DNA of 18,126 nucleotides from a bacterium (GTDB lineage Bacteria > Zhuqueibacterota > Zhuqueibacteria > Oceanimicrobiales > Oceanimicrobiaceae), in contig JBHHXN010000110.1 of the NCBI GenBank assembly GCA_046757025.1, positions 1 through 18,126 on the forward strand, written 5' to 3'. The notes beneath the pieces are model-generated. The model searched no databases. It was not told the origin of the DNA and was given only the letters and a program-made list of their open reading frames with translations. Within the stretch, counting starts at the first letter, position 1, and the number at the start of each line of letters is the position of its first letter. Shown piece after piece: positions 15,689-18,126 of the stretch. The position numbers and the translations under genes are program-made.

Positions 15689-18126
15689 TTGCTCCAGAGA
15701 ACACTGCTTTTTTGCCTTCTTTTCTTCAGTGTCAAATCCCGTCTGCCAGCGCAAACTCTCGAGGCGGCGCCAGGCGAAATTTTGATCAAGTTGAAAAATT
15801 CTCCGCAAACAAATGCCACAGTACCAAACATGCCGGCCGCTGCCGGAACGGTTGGTTTGGCAAAATTGCATCATCAACTGGGGGCCAAAAGAATTACCCC
15901 GCTTTTTCAGAAAAGGCCCGTCAATTACTTCCATGCAAAGCGATCAAATTTTGATCGCTATGTGAAAGTGACTTTTTCTCCCGAACGCAATTTAAAGGAG
16001 ATTCTGGCAGCCTACCAAAAAAACGACTTGATCGAGTTTGTACAGCCCAATTACCTTCACAAAGTAGATTTCGCTCCCAACGATTCTCTTTTTACACAGC
16101 AAGCCGCGCTGCTGCCGTTACAGGCAGAAGCCGCCTGGGAGCTGCAGTTGGCCTCCTCTGAAATCATCGTCGGGGTCATCGACACCGGCATCGATTACCT
16201 TCACCAAGATTTGCGCGATGCCCTCTGGCTCAACTCTGGCGAAGACCTCAATGGTAACGGCAGAGTGGATAGCAGCGATTTTAACGGCATCGACGACGAC
16301 GCCAACGGCTTTGTGGATGACTTACGCGGCTGGGATTTTACCGACGCCCCAACTTTTCCGGATGGCGGCGATTTCCAAACTCCGGACAACGATCCGTTTG
16401 ATGAAAACGGACACGGCACTTCGGTTGCCGGCATCATCGGTGCAACTGGCAATAATCACCGCGGAATCGCGGGTCTGGCATTTGGCTGTAAAATCATGAA
16501 TTTACGATCTGGCACCAGCCTGGGATTTTTAGAGGAAGATGACGTCGCTTCAGCCATCGTTTATGCGGTGGAAAATGGCGCACGCATCATCAACATGAGT
16601 TTTGGAGACGAAGCGGCTTCGCCGCTGCTGCGTGATGTCATGCGTTTTGCATTTGAAAATGACTGTGTGCTGGTGGCCTCGGCTGGCAATTCAAACAGCG
16701 ATAAAATTCATTTCCCTTCCGGATTTGCAGAAACCATTTCTGTGGGCGCAACCAACGACGAGGACCGACTCGCCGGCTTCTCCAACTTTGGCGCGTCGGT
16801 GGATGTGGTCGCTCCAGGAGTCAACGTGCTTACAACGCAGCGTGAAAATAAATACGGCAGCTTCAGCGGCACGTCGGCGTCGGCGCCATTCGTTTCAGCA
16901 CTGGCGGCGCTGATTCTATCTAAATCGCCGCTTTTGTCCAATGAATCGGTGCAAGGCCTGATCGTGTCCACGGCGGACGATTTAGGCGAAACCGGATGGG
17001 ACCATTTTTTTGCTGCCGGCAGAATCAACGCGTTGCAGGCACTGCAAACGCCCTACTATTCCATGGCCGCGATTACCCGTCCCAGTGTGGATGAAGGTTT
17101 TACAGGTGACGCCGTTCCCATCCGCGGCACCGCGGCTGGTACGTTTTTGGATGAGTACCTTTTGCAGCTTGGAGTAGGGGAAACCCCGCAAGAGTGGCAA
17201 GATCTCATGCGGCAGAAAAATCGTCAGGTGATTGAAGAGGATTTGTGGGAGCTGGATATTTCCTCGCTGGTCGATACTTTGTACACGCTGCGTTTACAGG
17301 TAAAAAACAAGAACGGCATCGCCGTGGAGGACAAAGTTCGATTTTTTATCGACCGCACGCCGCCGGCGATTGCCAACGTGCGACAGACTGCTATGCTCGA
17401 CGGCAGCCAGCACAGTTTTTTGCTGGAGTTTGAAACCGACGATCTTTGCGATGCGGCCATTTTTTTTCGCCCTGCCAACTCCGACGAGAATTTTCAACAA
17501 AAAAAACTGCGTTTTCGCACCACTCAGCACCGACTGCATTTCACTCAAGATATTTTTATGGGGCAAATGGAATTCTACCTCGAAGCCGTGAACGGCGCGG
17601 GCTTGTCTTCCCGAGCGGACAACCGTGGGAGCTTTTACACGGTGGATTTGAGCTTACCGGCTATCGGCGGCCCGGCTGTGGATTTAACCGGATCGATTCT
17701 GCCGCCGGCCTTTTTACTCAGCAAGACGGCCGATTTTGATCGAGACGGCCATAAGGAAATCATCCTGAACCAGTACGATGCCGAATTCAATTTTGGCTTT
17801 TTGAAAATATTTGAATTTCAAGAAAATCAGTTCCAGGAAGTCTTTTCAACTGGAGACATTTTGATCCCCAGAGATTGGAGCGACGCCGACGGCGATGGCC
17901 TGCTGGAAATTCTGGCGGGTGCCGGCGGCAAGAGCGTGATCCTCGAATCCCCTTCAGCGGGTGCTTTTCCGGCAAATATCGTCTGGGCCGACAGCGGCGA
18001 CGTCTGGGCCAGCCGCTTTGCCGACCTGGATCAAGACGGCGCCGGTGAAATCATTCTGAGAAAAGGCAATTTGTATTCCTTATGGGAAACAACCGTGGAC
18101 AACACTTACGCGCTGGTGGATTCCTT
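15689..18126 (+). CDS. Large secreted S8 subtilase with Ig-like region and FG-GAP/VCBS-like repeats; 3' end beyond the window
   Basis: Manual translation from TTG 15689: MLQRTLLFCLLFFSVKSRLPAQ (signal-like), propeptide ending VQPNY, VGVIDTG, NGIDDDANGFVDDLRGWDF, HGTSVAG, SAGN, SGTSASAP, then DFDRDGHKEI, DADGDGLLEI and DLDQDGAGEI. No stop before the window end, which explains its absence from the ORF track. Confidence 0.92.
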   Translation, partial: MLQRTLLFCLLFFSVKSRLPAQTLEAAPGEILIKLKNSPQTNATVPNMPAAAGTVGLAKLHHQLGAKRITPLFQKRPVNYFHAKRSNFDRYVKVTFSPERNLKEILAAYQKNDLIEFVQPNYLHKVDFAPNDSLFTQQAALLPLQAEAAWELQLASSEIIVGVIDTGIDYLHQDLRDALWLNSGEDLNGNGRVDSSDFNGIDDDANGFVDDLRGWDFTDAPTFPDGGDFQTPDNDPFDENGHGTSVAGIIGATGNNHRGIAGLAFGCKIMNLRSGTSLGFLEEDDVASAIVYAVENGARIINMSFGDEAASPLLRDVMRFAFENDCVLVASAGNSNSDKIHFPSGFAETISVGATNDEDRLAGFSNFGASVDVVAPGVNVLTTQRENKYGSFSGTSASAPFVSALAALILSKSPLLSNESVQGLIVSTADDLGETGWDHFFAAGRINALQALQTPYYSMAAITRPSVDEGFTGDAVPIRGTAAGTFLDEYLLQLGVGETPQEWQDLMRQKNRQVIEEDLWELDISSLVDTLYTLRLQVKNKNGIAVEDKVRFFIDRTPPAIANVRQTAMLDGSQHSFLLEFETDDLCDAAIFFRPANSDENFQQKKLRFRTTQHRLHFTQDIFMGQMEFYLEAVNGAGLSSRADNRGSFYTVDLSLPAIGGPAVDLTGSILPPAFLLSKTADFDRDGHKEIILNQYDAEFNFGFLKIFEFQENQFQEVFSTGDILIPRDWSDADGDGLLEILAGAGGKSVILESPSAGAFPANIVWADSGDVWASRFADLDQDGAGEIILRKGNLYSLWETTVDNTYALVDS

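Noticed and set aside
437..17975. Numerous short antisense or alternate-frame ORFs in the track (e.g. 1041-1742, 6262-6846, 12859-13461, 15712-15954, 16201-17975)
   Set aside because: Shadow ORFs overlapping well-supported genes, including the unlisted terminal subtilase; no motifs of their own.

Overview
Bacterial chromosomal window, mostly housekeeping and cell-envelope genes. The C-terminal FlgD-Ig/T9SS-A-like sorting domain (QNYPNPFNPET...) suggests an FCB-related lineage such as KSB1 or Calditrichota; this is inference. Gene order: secreted S8 subtilase; a decayed accessory block (truncated IS3-family left end abutting a frameshifted, internally deleted secreted-protein pseudogene whose last 26 aa are paralogous to the subtilase tail); a 9-Cys small protein; upp; a TPR-like protein; rlmN; moxR plus DUF58; an SLT lytic transglycosylase; an orphan STAS protein; a TrxB-like flavoprotein; a membrane-anchored beta-lactamase-fold serine hydrolase; and a second large S8 subtilase with FG-GAP-like repeats that runs off the window end and is absent from the ORF track. 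Non-coding signals: a candidate structured 5' leader before the first subtilase, two GTCATT...(A/G)TGAC palindromic elements, a REP-like nested palindrome, a sigma54-like promoter with tandem TGT-N11-ACA sites upstream of slt, and several sigma70 promoters and terminators. I saw no CRISPR array, tRNA, rRNA, defence or phage system, and I cannot support a complete novel multi-gene system. The best leads are the leader RNA, the sorting-tail fusion and the palindromic elements.
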